This document shows positions 11,571-24,330 of a stretch of 64,000 nucleotides of DNA, piece by piece; position 1 is the stretch's first letter; each line of letters starts with the position of its first letter. Under the pieces are notes generated by a model that was not told where the DNA came from, did not search any database, and worked only from the letters and a program-made list of their open reading frames with translations. Both the position numbers and the translations under genes were made by a program. Origin of the DNA: Octopus vulgaris (taxonomy: Eukaryota); the NCBI GenBank assembly GCA_951406725.2, contig OX597828.1, forward strand, positions 29,016,001 to 29,080,000, written 5' to 3'.

Positions 11571-12823
11571 GGTAGTGTTATTTTCTTCCTTCGGTGTTTT
11601 GATTTTTTAAACTATTTTCTCTCTCCATGTTGTTGTTGAGTTCCAGATTAGTTCTGATTGACTAAACCTATGATAAAATAAAGGCTTTCCAACCGGGACC
11701 ATCATGCCTACCTGTATGTCTAGGGACGACTATATTGTCCAGTATCGTTTCTTTACTGAAAGTAATTTCTTTACTGGTGTAATTTGAAAGAATTCAGCTG
11801 CTATTTTCTGCATGCAGAGCGACCATTTAGGAGCTGTTTCTTCGTAGTCCTGTTTTATTCTCATAGGAAGGATGAATCCAACATTACAATCTAAACTCAT
11901 TAATTAAGTAAAGCTTTTAATTTCTTGTTTCCAGAAATTAGCTGGAACTCTCCATCGGATTGAAATCGTAAATAATCCGTAAGTAATGATATCGAGGCAT
12001 TGGGTTGGGTTCGGTCGATAAGTGAGTAGTGACGGCTTCGTGTTGGAATAGTTGTTGTAGGTCAGTAAACCTGGTGACAAGTTAACTATAGACAAATACA
12101 AATACTCTAACTTCTAGATTTCTTAAAACTGTATCCGCCCCTGGAGGTTATTAACTCCAAATGAGAAGAGGAGATAATCTAAAGATTCAATTCGCCATAG
12201 ATGACATGACAGTATGGGAAAGGACAAGATTACTGTGTGGAGATATGAGAACAGTGGTGGACACATGTTACTGACTCAGTAGCTACCATCAGCAATTGTC
12301 ACGTAGCCAAGGGACTTAGACTTATACAAAAAAGAGTAGAACACATTGATGGCATAGGTAATTTGCATAATTTAAATGAAAATGAGCGAAGGGAAATAAC
12401 TCACAGGGGCCAGAACGCATGTATTTGAACAACAGAGAAACATACAGGTATATCAAATATCGTACGACATAAATTCTTGATTTATCAAAATCTCTCTTTC
12501 TAGTCGGATAATGAACAAGTTGTTACTGTGGTTTAGCCTTCAGGTCAGCCGCGATTGAATACACATTTTATGAAAAATGTTTCAGCCAGGAACCATCCTG
12601 TCTTTATTCAATCTGGCCTTCATTTTTCCAAGGCGGTAAATGTAATTTCTTGATGGTATGGTTACTATTTTTAGCAAGTCGAGTGACTACATAGAGGCTC
12701 CTGCAATGGCTGAGATAAAATAAATAGGCATAGACAAACGGCTTTGCCGGGAATTGAACCAGCGTCAAATGGTTTGCCTAGCGAGCGCTTACCCTCGAAT
12801 TACATCTCTTCTACTTCATATAT

Positions 12824-13051
12824 ATTTCTTTATTGCCCACAAAGGGCCAAACATAGAGGGGACAAACAAGGACGGACAAAGGGATTAAGTCGATTACATC
12901 GACCCCAGTGCGTAACTGGTACTTTTATTTATCGACCCCGAAAGGATGAAAGGCAAAGTCGACCTCGGCGGAATTTGAACTCAGAACGACTGACGAAATA
13001 CCGCTAAGCATTCCGCCCGGCGCGCTAACGTGTCTGCCAGCTCGCCGCCTT
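12824..13051 (-). mobile_element. Full-length SINE family A with ~15-bp TSD
   Basis: Flanked by direct repeat cttctacttcatata. Confidence 0.85.
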
Positions 13052-13774
13052 CTTCTACTTCATATAATAAATTTGACGGGGGCACAACCACAATAGAAAA
13101 GTAGTTTATCTATAAATCCCTTTTCTCCAGAATATGCAAAGCTAAACACACACGTGAATCTATGGAAATGCTTCTATACAAGTGTGGAACCTGCTAGACA
13201 TAGAAACCAAATCGCCTTCATTTATTAGGAAAAATGGAATGATACTGAATATTGTAGCCCTCGATTCACTATGTCTAAAGAATAAAAGAAACATTAGATG
13301 ACTTATTTTTGGATAAACCTTAAAAGGTGGAATTTTAAAAAATCTTTTACTTGTTTCAGTCATTTGACTAGAGCCATGCTGGTGCACCGCCTTTAGTCGA
13401 ACAAATTGACCCCAGGACTTATTATTTTTAGGCCTAGTACTTATTCTATCATTCTCTTTTGTCGAGCCGCTAAGTTATGGGGACGTAATTACACCAAAGT
13501 AGGTTGTCAAGTGATGGAGCGGGGACAAACAGACTCACAAGCACACACCTACATATACATATATACGACGGGCTTCTTTCAGTTTCCGTTACCAAATCCA
13601 CTGACTGAAATTAAACAGCAGCTTTTTTTTCTTCGAGCTCACACACTCATTGGGTGGAAACTTGTCTTGGCTGGAGGTTTTGCCAAAGGCAAAACCTTCA
13701 ACCACTAGACGAGGCATTAGTTTTGGGGGGGGACTTTTTATCCTCACTCACATCCCAGTTGATCATTCCCTCTT

Positions 13775-13992
13775 TTACTCTTTTACCCGTTTCAGTCATT
13801 TGACTGTGGCCATGCTGGATCACCGCATTTAGTCGAAGAAATCGCCTCCAGGACTTATCTTTTGTAAGCGTAATACTTATTCTATCGGTCTCATTTGCCG
13901 GACCGCTAAGTTTGAGGAACATAAACACACGAACATCGGTTGTCAAGTGATGGTGGGGGAACAAACGCAGACACAAAGACACACACATATAA

Positions 13993-14070
<78 letters not shown>

Positions 14071-14252
14071 TCATATATATATATAAATACACGACGGGCT
14101 TCTTTCAATTTTCGTCTACCAAATCTACTCACAATGCTTTGGTCGGCCCAAGGATAAAGTAGAAGACACTCGCCCAAAGTGCCACGCAGTGGGACTGAAC
14201 CTGGAACTTTGTGGCTGGTAAGCAAGCTTCTTATCACATAGCCACACCTGCG
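13775..14252 (-). mobile_element. tRNA-derived CORE-like SINE, family B, with internal microsatellite
   Basis: Matches family consensus AGGCGCAGGAGTGGCTGTGTGGTAAG..CCTTGGGCAAGTGTCTTCT..(TG)n..CAGCATGGCCGCAGTCAAATGACTGAAAC; >12 copies in the window. Confidence 0.85.
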
Positions 14253-14439
14253 TATATTATTCTGCTATTGTTGTTGTTGTTGCTATATATATCTAGAAGG
14301 CGCAAGGCTCAGTGGTTACGGTATTCGGCTCACGATTGTATGGTCGTGAGATCGATTTCCAGGCGCCGTGTTGAGTCCTTGAGCAAGATACTTTATTTCA
14401 CGTTTGCAAGATTCTTTATGTGAGTTCGTGTGTTGAAGC

Positions 14440-14732
14440 ATATTCTGTTGTGTCTGAGGAAAGTCATTCTCTTTTTGTGCCTTATAATTTAACACACTCA
14501 CAGGTAAAATTTCCACTTGTTTGTTTCTTACTTTTCTAAATTTTTCTAAAATTTTCGTTGCGTCTTGCAACCTTTTCAATAGTTTTGACTCTTGAAAACT
14601 ATTGAAAAGGTTTCAAGGCGCAACGAAAATTTTAGAAAAATAAAGAAGGAAATGAGTGGAAATTTTACCGTTGTGTTAAATAATAAGGCACCAAAAGAGA
14701 ATGACTCCCCCTCCCCAGACACAACAGAATAT
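14440..14732. mobile_element. Palindromic MITE-like element (~140-bp imperfect arms)
   Basis: ATATTCTGTTGTGTCTG..CTTTTCAATAGTTTT / AAAACTATTGAAAAG..CAGACACAACAGAATAT. Confidence 0.75.
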
Positions 14733-16088
14733 TGATATATTGTTTACATTTAAAGCCTCTGTGTGTTAATCCAAATCAGTTTCTCATAAAAAAAAAATCA
14801 ATGTTTTTATTTTAAAATGTTGCAGATTTCCACTTTTAAAGGCACCATAAAATGTTTGGCAAAGTCTAAAAGTCCAATTTTTTTACATTTTAAGATTTAT
14901 ATAAATGATAGCGTTAAAATTTATTATTTTAGCGAAATCAATGGTGGGGCCTAATGTGAACAATGCAGGGATAATGTGAACAATGCAGGGATAATTTGAA
15001 ATCGGCTTCGGGCTAATCCCAGAGGTAATTTGAAATCGATTTCAGATTACCAGGGCATAACGTGAAATGGGTGGGAGTGGAGTGGGGCCGGGGGTAAGTT
15101 GAAGTCTTTATACCAGCAAGATAAAAATGTGTATCCTATTCACAACGCCAATATAAAGGCTCATGGTCAAGGGGTTAGGGTGTTGCACTCACGGGCGTAA
15201 GACCGTGGTTTCGATTCCCAGAACAGGCAGTGCATCGTGTTCTTGAGCAAAACATCTCATTTCGCATTGTCCCACTCAATTCAGCTGTAAGTAAATGACC
15301 CTACAACGAACTGGCGTTCCGTCCAGGAGCGGTGTTGTGATTTCGGTCACGCGTATGCCTTGGAAACCTTGTAACCGGCCTATGGAATACTAGGTCTCGG
15401 GACACTAATGTGCAAAGGGCTACCTTAACCCCTGCTCCCAGCAGTAGTTGATGACAGGACACGAACGTCAAACACTTTTCTCACTCACTGTACCAACAAT
15501 CTGAAATCAAACGATTCGGCCAGTTACGACTCACTGAAAAAATGAAAGCAAAATAAGAAAAGAACCACCAAATATATATTTTCTTTTTTCCTCATCTTTA
15601 TTTCATAATTTAACATATAATTTAGAGATATATAATTATAATAGTATATTATAATTAATATAATATTCAAATTCGTTCATCATAACTGCTACAAAGAATT
15701 CATGACTTGTATGTCATTTTCCTTTGGTTTTCGTTTCAATGCGCATTTAGTTTTTCCCCATTCAAGAAGCACAAAGTTGTTACCATCACTGAGGTTTCTT
15801 TCCTTTGCTTCCTTTTCCCTTTTTTTCTTGTGTGTTGTCTGTTGCTTCACAACTACAGTTTATTTCTGATCAGTGAAATATAATTCGGCGCATTATTCCT
15901 GAATGGTTTATATCTGGTGTTATTGCATTTTTTTTTTTTTTTTGATAAAGAACCCAACACATAATAGAAAGTAAGTTACATTTAAAACAGTTGACAAAGT
16001 AACGCATCAGGCAAAAAAAAAAAAACCCCAGACATTCTAGATCATTATAACTAAGAAAACTAAAAAATAAAATTTAGAAATAACACAC

Positions 16089-16145
<57 letters not shown>

Positions 16146-16146
16146 G

Positions 16147-16178
<32 letters not shown>

Positions 16179-17290
16179 TGTATGTATGTATGTATGTATG
16201 TATGTCAGTTACACTGTGTGTATGCGTTTGTGTGAGTGTTTAAATGTAAGTATTGCAACGAGAAGAAAGCAATGTATATTTGCTCAGTAAGTTTTGTAAA
16301 ATATATATATTTTTTTTTTATTTTTGAAGCTGGAAACACCTGAGAAAGTTACACGGGTGTTTTGAGTTACGGGTATAGCATTTGTTGAATTAAATATATT
16401 TTGACAGGTGATATAAAGGAACTTCGAGATCCTGTACTTTTAAAGTGTCTGTTTCAAAACTTAAAAATGAAAATAACGTGTGTGCGTGTGTATGCATGTG
16501 TGCGTGTGTTAGTGCGTGTGTGTGTATGCTGCGTGTGTGTGTGTTCATGTGTGTGTGTGTGTGTGTGTGTTCATGTGTGTATGCGCGCACATGGAGATAT
16601 CGTGTATGTACGTGCGCTTGTGAATGGGCTGCGAGATTTTTAATTTCAAGCAAAATTTTGTCCCGATGTTTTCCACTATTTTTTTTATTTCTCGAAGACT
16701 GTTCACAACAACACCAACAACAACAATATAATAAATACTTTTCTTATCCCACCAAAAGCCACACATTTTTGGAAGATGGTATACTCGAATGTAACGATAC
16801 CCCGATGCGTAGTTCATCGACCCCTGGAGGAAGCGAAAGAAAGCGGAAGTTGAATCCGCAAGGGATTTGAAATCAAACCGGAAAAGGGTCACGACCGAAT
16901 ACTGCAAGATATTTTCTCCTTCATTCAACCAATTTAGGCAAACCATCGCGCCTTTAATGCATGGTAACACGAGTGGTATGAAGATCAAGTTGGTGATTCT
17001 GTTTATCATTGCTGCTCTATTAAAATCGGGTTTTTTTTTTTTTCCTTAATTTTTGTAGCTTGTTCCAGTAATGTCTCTTCGTCCGTCGCCCTTGTGGCAA
17101 ATAACAAAACATTATTATCATTGTTGTTGTTGTTGTTGTTGTTAAATATTTCCCTATTTCTAAAACCTCAACGGCCCTAAACCATGTCGTAGTTACCTTT
17201 TTTTTCTGCTTCTCGATATATTTACTTCATTTTTGAACAACCTTCGCATGAATATATCCGTGTTTCAACATTAAATAACCATCGCTATTA

Positions 17291-17393
<103 letters not shown>

Positions 17394-17411
17394 TATTATT
17401 ATTATTATTAC

Positions 17412-17473
<62 letters not shown>

Positions 17474-18060
17474 TTCTTTTATTCTTTTATTCTTTTACTT
17501 GTTTCAGTCATTTGACTGCGGCCATGCTGGAGCACATTATTATTATTATTATATCCAACTCTCAAAAAGCAATAAAGAAATTGATATTGTGGTTGCTATT
17601 GTTGTTGTTATAAATCATTATTGATGTTGTTGTTGTTGTTGTTATAATTGCTGTTATCACATATTTGTTATATAGTCCGTATCATCAACATTTCTCTGTT
17701 GTTGTTGTTGTTGTTATTATTATTACTATTAGTGGTGGTGATGGTGTTTGTTGTGGTAGTGTATGTGTGTGTTTTTGTCTTACTAAATATGCAATTGTTT
17801 ATAAAATATTCCTTAAATTTTACATTAACATTCCTACACACACATACACATACGTACAATCATATATGCTTACATACAAGCGCATCCATCCACACACATA
17901 CACACGCGCGCGCACGCATGCGCACAGATATTTTCTAGGTCTTGCAGTTATGTAAATGCCATTCCTGATGTTGCTGAAGCTGTTGCTGCTGCTGTTGTTG
18001 CTGCTGTTGATATTCTGTTAGAGTTGTTCTTGGTGGTGTTGCTGCTGCTTTCTGCTGTTA

Positions 18061-18139
18061 TTACTGTTGTTGGTGTTTCCATGGTGAGAACTTCAGTGGA
18101 CCTTTGGGGCGGATATCTGAGGGTGGAGCGAAAGCTTGT
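18061..18139 (-). CDS. Terminal coding exon of a PDLIM/Zasp-like PDZ protein
   Basis: Strong acceptor ttttggtttctctctttgcag|. Phase 2 matches the donor at 25908 (AA|A = Lys). Encodes QAFAPPSDIRPKGPLKFSPWKHQQQ followed by TAA TAA. Confidence 0.7.
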
Positions 18140-18391
18140 CTGCAAAGAGAGAAACCAAAATGAACATTAACAAATTAGCATTAATTTAACAGTTGAAACA
18201 TTAGCAACAGAGTTTCGTTCAAATGGCGACAGTTCTAAAATTACGAACGAGCCTGCATCAATGAATATCAACAATTAACACATTCGCAACAATGAGTACT
18301 CATTAATCATCGATTGTTTTTTATCGCTAAATATTTAGATAACTAATCAACAAGTGGAATCAAGAAATAATTAATGCATTCGTAACAATGC

Positions 18392-18942
18392 AGGCGTAGG
18401 AGTGGCTGTGTGGTAAGTAGCTTGCTAACGAACCACATGGTTCCAGGTTAAGTCCCACTGCGTGGCACCTTGGGCAAGTGTCTTCTACTATAGCCTCGGG
18501 CCGACCAAAGCCTTGTGAGTGAATTTGGTAGACGGAAACTGCAAGAAGCCCATCGTATACATACATATATATATGTGTGTGTGTGTTTGTGTATCAGTGT
18601 TTGTTCCCCCAACATCGCTTGACAACCGATGCAGGTGTGTTTACGTCCCCGTAACTTAGCGGTTCGGAAAACGAGACGACGAGATGGTGAAGATGCCGAC
18701 GACCGCTCGGTTCAAAGTCTCCCTTGACCTCAAGTGGCCTGAACTCTCTACATGAACACCACTCTGTACATAACTCCATGTCCCCCTACATTGCCTTGCT
18801 TTTTGCTTTTTGAGCCAAAAAATTAACTAGCTAACTACTGGGCTTACAAAAAATAAGTCCTGGGGTCGATTTGCTCGACTAAAGGCGGTGCTCGAGCATG
18901 GCCGCAGTCAAATGACTGAAACAAGTAAAAAGAGAGAAAAAA
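18392..18942 (+). mobile_element. SINE family B interrupted by a CR1-like LINE 3' end (~18678-18836)
   Basis: Insert encodes EMVKMPTTARFKVSLDLKWPELST*, resembling CR1 ORF2 C-termini, with a ctaa-type tail; SINE resumes at tactgggcttac. Confidence 0.6.
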
Positions 18943-20256
18943 GACATGAATTATCGAGTGCTTTTATAATTAATTCCTTGCATAAATTAACATCTGTTTA
19001 TATCACTGACAATTTGTTTTTCTTTTCTTTTTTTAATTGTTCAAATTAAAGAACTGCGGCCATTCTGGAGTACCTTTTAGAAGAGTTTTAGTCGTCCATG
19101 TCAACTAGTAGTAGAGATTTTAAAATCTGATGTTTATTTTATCGATCTCTATGTCGAAATGCTTGACTATGTGTAAGTTAGCAGTTGGTTCAACGAATAA
19201 TAATTATTTCTAATTTTTAACCATGAGGCCAGCAATTTTAGAGAATGGGGCTGAGTCATTACATCGACCCCCATTGCTCGACTGGTACTTATTTTATCGA
19301 CGTCCCCTCCCGAAAGAATGAAAGGTAAAGTCGACCTCGACGAAATTTGAAGAAAATGCCTCTAAGCATTTTTTTGTTCGACGCACTAACTTCACCCAGC
19401 TCGCCGCCTTTGTTGGTGCAGTAATAATCCTTTTTAATATAGGTACAAGACCTGAGTTCAAATTCCGCCGAGGGCGACCTTGCCTTTCATCCTTTCGAGA
19501 TCAATAAAATAAGTACCAGTTAAGCACTGGGGTCAATATAATCGACTTACCCCCTCCTCCGAAATTGCTGGCCTGGTGTCAAAGTTTGAAACCAATATAG
19601 GTACAAGGCCTGAAATGTTGGGGCAAGGGGCAAGTCGATTACACTGACCCCAGTACTTGACTGGTACTTATTTTATCGGCTCTGAAAGGATGAAAGGCAA
19701 AGTCGACCTCGGCGTTCCTGAACTTTGCGTCCTGGACTCAGAACGTAAAACCTTAAGAAATGTCGCTAAGAATTGCGTCCGGTGGACTAAATATTCTGCC
19801 AACTCGCCGCTCTAAACAACAACAACAACAACAATTCTTTCTACACTAGGCGCAAGGCTTGAAATTTAGGAGTTGGAAATTAGTCGATTATATTGACACC
19901 AGTACACAACTGGTACTTATTTTATCGACCTCAAAACGATGAAAGGCAAAGTCAGCCTTCGCGGACTTTGAACTCAGAATGTAAAGACGGACGAAATCTT
20001 GGCAGACATTAATGGCTCTGATATCAAGAAACTGGCTTTTCTGTTCCGCCGCTCCTACAGTGTAACACAAAGAATTTTCGCGATGCAAAAGCATTTCTTC
20101 TTTCGTTCGTTCGTTCGTTCCTTTCACCATCGAATCGACCAACGGCCATCGATGAATCCTATGACAAGCATTGAAAGTTTTAGTTCTTCGTGGCTTTTCG
20201 TTGCATTGTTTTACGAGTGTTCTTACAAGACTCCCATAAGGCCGATTAAGCGAGAG

Positions 20257-20289
<33 letters not shown>

Positions 20290-20678
20290 GACAGAGACAG
20301 AGCGAGAGAGCCGGGAAGAAAAATGCCTCCTCCCTCCACTTCCACCTATCAGTATTTTAATTAGTAATTTATTTGCTAATCACTATCAGAAGAAGCATGA
20401 CAGGCAACATTGACGGAGGGATTCAAACTGAGAGGGAAGAAAGCCGGAGGAGCAAAGCATATTAGCCATTCTATCCGATGCCTTGACAACTACTGCTTCT
20501 GCTGCTACTGCTGCTGCTGCTACTGCTGCTGCTACTGCTGCTGCTGCTGCTGCTTGTTGGACTCTCGGTCTGAGTGACATTCTATTTCTAGTGGACTACG
20601 TTTAAATCATTGCTTCTTGTGTTGCACTCAACCATTACATCTGAGGTTACCTTTAGCCATTCTGCTTCAAGTAAAATA

Positions 20679-21157
20679 CCTATTTCTTTACTACCCACAA
20701 GGGGCCAAACACAGAGGGGACAAACAAGGACAGACAAACAGATTAAGTCGATTACATCGACCACAGTGCGTAACTGGTACTTAATTTATCGACCCCGAAA
20801 GGATGAAAGGCAAAGTCGACCTCGGCGGAATTTGAACTCAGAACGTAACGGCAGACGAAATACCGGTAAGCATTTCGCCCGGCGTACTAACGTTTCTGCC
20901 AGCTTGCCGCCTTCAAGTAAAATACCTATTTCTTTATTACCCACAAGGGGCTAAACACAGGGGACAAACTAGGACAGACATAGGTATTAAGTCGATTACA
21001 TCGACTCCAGTGCGTAACTGGTACTTAATTTATCGACCCCGAAAGGATGAAAGGCAAAGTCGACCTCAGCGGAATTTGAACTCACAACGTAACGACAGAC
21101 GAAATACCGGTAAGCATTTCGCCCGGCGTGCTAACGTTTCTGCCAGCTCGCTGCCCT
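20679..21157 (-). mobile_element. Two full-length SINE A copies in tandem
   Basis: Target-site sequence agtaaaatacc occurs three times (20670, 20916, 21158). Confidence 0.88.
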
Positions 21158-21263
21158 AGTAAAATACCATCGTCATCGTCACCATCATCATCATCACATC
21201 ATCATCAATGTAGGGATTCATAGCAGCAGCAGCACCACCACCAGTAGCAGTAGTAACAGTAGT

Positions 21264-21298
<35 letters not shown>

Positions 21299-22137
21299 TA
21301 GTAGGAGGAGGAGGAGGAGGAGGAGGAGGAGGAGGAGTACAAGCAGCAGTTTGTTCCCTCTTCCCACTGCCCCAAGAACAGTCCTGAGCCCTAATCTAGC
21401 AAACATATCCTCAAAGACATTCCAGCCGTGAACAACCTGTCTTTTTATGGATAAAGCATAGAACTACACCGTCAGTATTCGTTTTCTTATTTGCTATGAT
21501 ACAAGCGAGTGCGATGTTTGAAGGGGAGTTGGCCGCTGTTCAACAAGAAGTCAAGATTTAACAATGGAAGCGATATTTCATTTATGTCCGCAAAATGTGT
21601 GGAATCTCGCGCTGAAAATGAAAGTGATCTCAATGTATTAAGCGTTGCATAACTTTGTTTATTTTTATTTTTACCGTTTAACACATTGTGAAGAAATGTA
21701 CGGAATAAGTACATTGGATAAAAGAAGTTTTTGTTGTAGAAAAAGAAAGAATATGTACTCTTAATATAAAGTACCTGTTAACCCAATGTTCTGACACAGA
21801 AACGTTTGTTAATGTGGAATCTTTGTAACCTTTTGTTCAGATAACAGGCACACGCGCTTGTATTTATGCTCTATTAAACATAAGCGTTTCTCTTTCCATA
21901 CGTTTACGAGTCTATCAATCACTGTGTCTGTTATTATACGTACATACATACATACATACATACATACATACATACATACATACATACATACATACACACA
22001 CACATATATATATAGTTAATCCAAACAAGAAAGCACAAAAAAACACAACAACGCAAGGACGTGGAACAAATATAGTATTATTGATATATTAGAAGAAATA
22101 AGGTACTCAGAAATCTGGATGGCTTTGTATTTACAGA

Positions 22138-22516
22138 CTAGCAGTATCGCCCGGCGTTGTTCGGGTTTGTAAGGGAAATAACTATAAAGCATTTTTAGAG
22201 AGTTATAGCCAAAAAATAGCAAAAAAAATGGGGAAAAAAATGATGGTAAATTTTTTTTTTGATAGTTAAAAAGGTCGAGTTGCGTCCCCTGTGGTTTGTG
22301 TTTCTGATTGTCGACCCCATGTCGAATTTACCGATCTTTTTCAGAACTGGGGGAACTTTTCAAAATTTTCGCTGCGTTAGTTTTGAATTTTGACATTGGG
22401 CTATGTGTGTGTCAAGTTTCATCAGAATCGGTTGAAAGCCGTGGTCAGAGTGAGGGTACAAGAAAACAGACACACAGAAACACGCACAGACAAACTGCCG
22501 TTTATATATAGAGAGA
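22138..22516 (-). mobile_element. Non-autonomous Helitron, family H1 (copy 1)
   Basis: 5' TCTCTCTATATATAAACGGC, 3' CCCGAACAACGCCGGG hairpin + CGATACTGCTAG, A^T target. Confidence 0.82.
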
Positions 22517-22586
22517 TATTTATTAATATTTCACGTTTTTATAAATCATATATTTGCGCTTGCGTCCACTCTAGTGGAGTCTTCAA

Positions 22587-22968
22587 TCTCTCTATATATA
22601 AACGGCAGTTTGTCTGTGCGTGTTTCTGTGTGTCTGTTTTCTCGTACCCTCACCCTGACCACGGCTTTCAACCGATTCTGATGAAACTTGACACACACAT
22701 AGCCCAATGTCATAATTCAAAACTAACGCAAAGAAAATTTTGAAAAGTTCCCCCAGTTCTGAAAAAGATCGGTAAATTCGACATGGGGTCGACAATTAGA
22801 AACACAAATCACAGGGGACGCAACTCGGACCTTTTTAACTATCAAAAAAAAAAATTTACCATCATTTTTTTTCCCATTTTTTTTTGATATTTTTTGGCTA
22901 TAACTCTCTACAAATGCTTTATAGTTATTTCCCTTACAAACCCGAGCAACGCCGGGCGATACTGCTAG
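22587..22968 (+). mobile_element. Non-autonomous Helitron, family H1 (copy 2, inverted relative to copy 1)
   Basis: caa|TCTCTCTATATATAAACGGC..CCCGAGCAACGCCGGGCGATACTGCTAG|t; near-identical to 22138-22516. Confidence 0.82.
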
Positions 22969-23199
22969 TAGATTTATAAAAACATGTGACATATTAATAA
23001 ATATCTGTAAATACAAAACCATCCAGATTTCTGAGTACCTTATTTCTTCTCATATATAATACCTATACATCATCTCCAAACCTTCTAACATACATACATA
23101 CATACATACATACATACATACATACATACATACATACATACATACATACATACATACATACATACATACATACATACATACATACATTAGGAATGAGAC

Positions 23200-23298
23200 G
23201 CTTACAACACCTAGATTTCCCAAGCGGTTACCCATCTAAGTACTCACTAGGCTCGACGTTACTTAACTTCGGTGATCGGACGAGAGCCGGTGCTTTCA

Positions 23299-23307
<9 letters not shown>
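23200..23307 (-). pseudogene. 5S rRNA pseudogene (about 10 nt missing at the 5' end)
   Basis: Minus strand ATATCACGTTGAAAGCACCGGCTCTCGTCCGATCACCGAAGTTAAGTAACGTCGAGCCTAGTGAGTACTTAGATGGGTAACCGCTTGGGAAATCTAGGTGTTGTAAGC aligns to metazoan 5S; 5' end replaced by (TA)n. Confidence 0.9.
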
Positions 23308-23362
<55 letters not shown>

Positions 23363-23676
23363 CATACATACATACATACATATACATAAATACATGTGTA
23401 TTTATTTACATACATACATACATAAATACATGTGTATTTATTTTGTATTTCTCCTTAAGTGCAGTTTTAAAATTAGTGAGATTTAAAATTCCGTAAGCTG
23501 AGCTAAAGAAGGGTCCACTTCTTACTATTGATTAACATTCATATTATATAACAATTGTAGAGGTCAGCTGTCAAACTAATGTCACTGCATTCGCCCCATA
23601 GCCACCAACATGAAAACAAACTACCTTATTCTGACCTTTTTAGTGCATTTAGAATTAATTATTTAATACTTTAAAT

Positions 23677-24090
23677 AGGCGCAGGAGTGGTTGTGTGGTA
23701 AGTAGCTTGCTAACCAACTACATGGTTCCGGGTTCAGTCCCACTGCGTGGGCAAATGTCTTCTGCTATAGCCCCGGGCCGACCAATGCCTTGTGAGTGGA
23801 TTTGGTAGACGGAAACTGAAAGAGGCCTGTCGTATATATGTATGTATATATGTGTGTGTGTGTGTGTGTTTGTGTGTCTGTGTTTGTCCCCCTAGCATTG
23901 CTTGACAACCGATGCTGGTGTGTTTACGTCCCCGTAACTTAGCGGTTCGGCAAAAGTGACCGATAAAATAAGTACTGGGCTTACAAAGAATAAGTCCCGG
24001 GGTCGATTTGCTCGGCTAAAGGCGGTGCTCCAGCATGGCCGCAGTCAAATGACTGAAACAAGTAAAAGAGTAAAGAGAAAAGAGTAAAGA
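23677..24090 (+). mobile_element. Full-length SINE family B
   Basis: Head to (AGTAAAAG)n tail complete. Confidence 0.9.
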
Positions 24091-24330
24091 TGTTCGTAAA
24101 GTAAGAACTTTCTTTGACAATGCATGACATATTGAAGCCTAGATACGAAATACCAACAAACTGTAATATAATTTTAGTAATAGATAATACAGAAGGAGAT
24201 TTTAAATTAGAACAATTATTTGTGTATCAAAATTATAGGGCTTTAAAAGACAGCAATAAAGAAAAATTCTTCCGGTCAGTTGGCGTTTAGATGAGAAAGA
24301 ATGGGTCAGCTGATCAGTGTTTTAAGATCG

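Larger units (their letters stand above)
22091..23050. mobile_element. Palindromic MITE-like element (~80-bp arms) split by two Helitron insertions
   Basis: AGAAGAAATAAGGTACTCAGAAATCTGGATGG..TACAGA|TATTTATTAATAT..TATAAATC is mirrored at 22971-23050. Confidence 0.75.

Noticed and set aside
11935-11978. 44-nt plus-strand segment with good acceptor and donor (KLAGTLHRIEIVNN)
   Set aside because: Downstream of the GRL stop, no recognisable homology or partner exon; such pseudo-exons are common.
17948-18145. Track ORF MQTSFRSTLRYPP..(Thr/Ala-rich)
   Set aside because: Wrong frame: the upstream PDZ exon ends in phase 2, which selects the QAFAPP.. frame.
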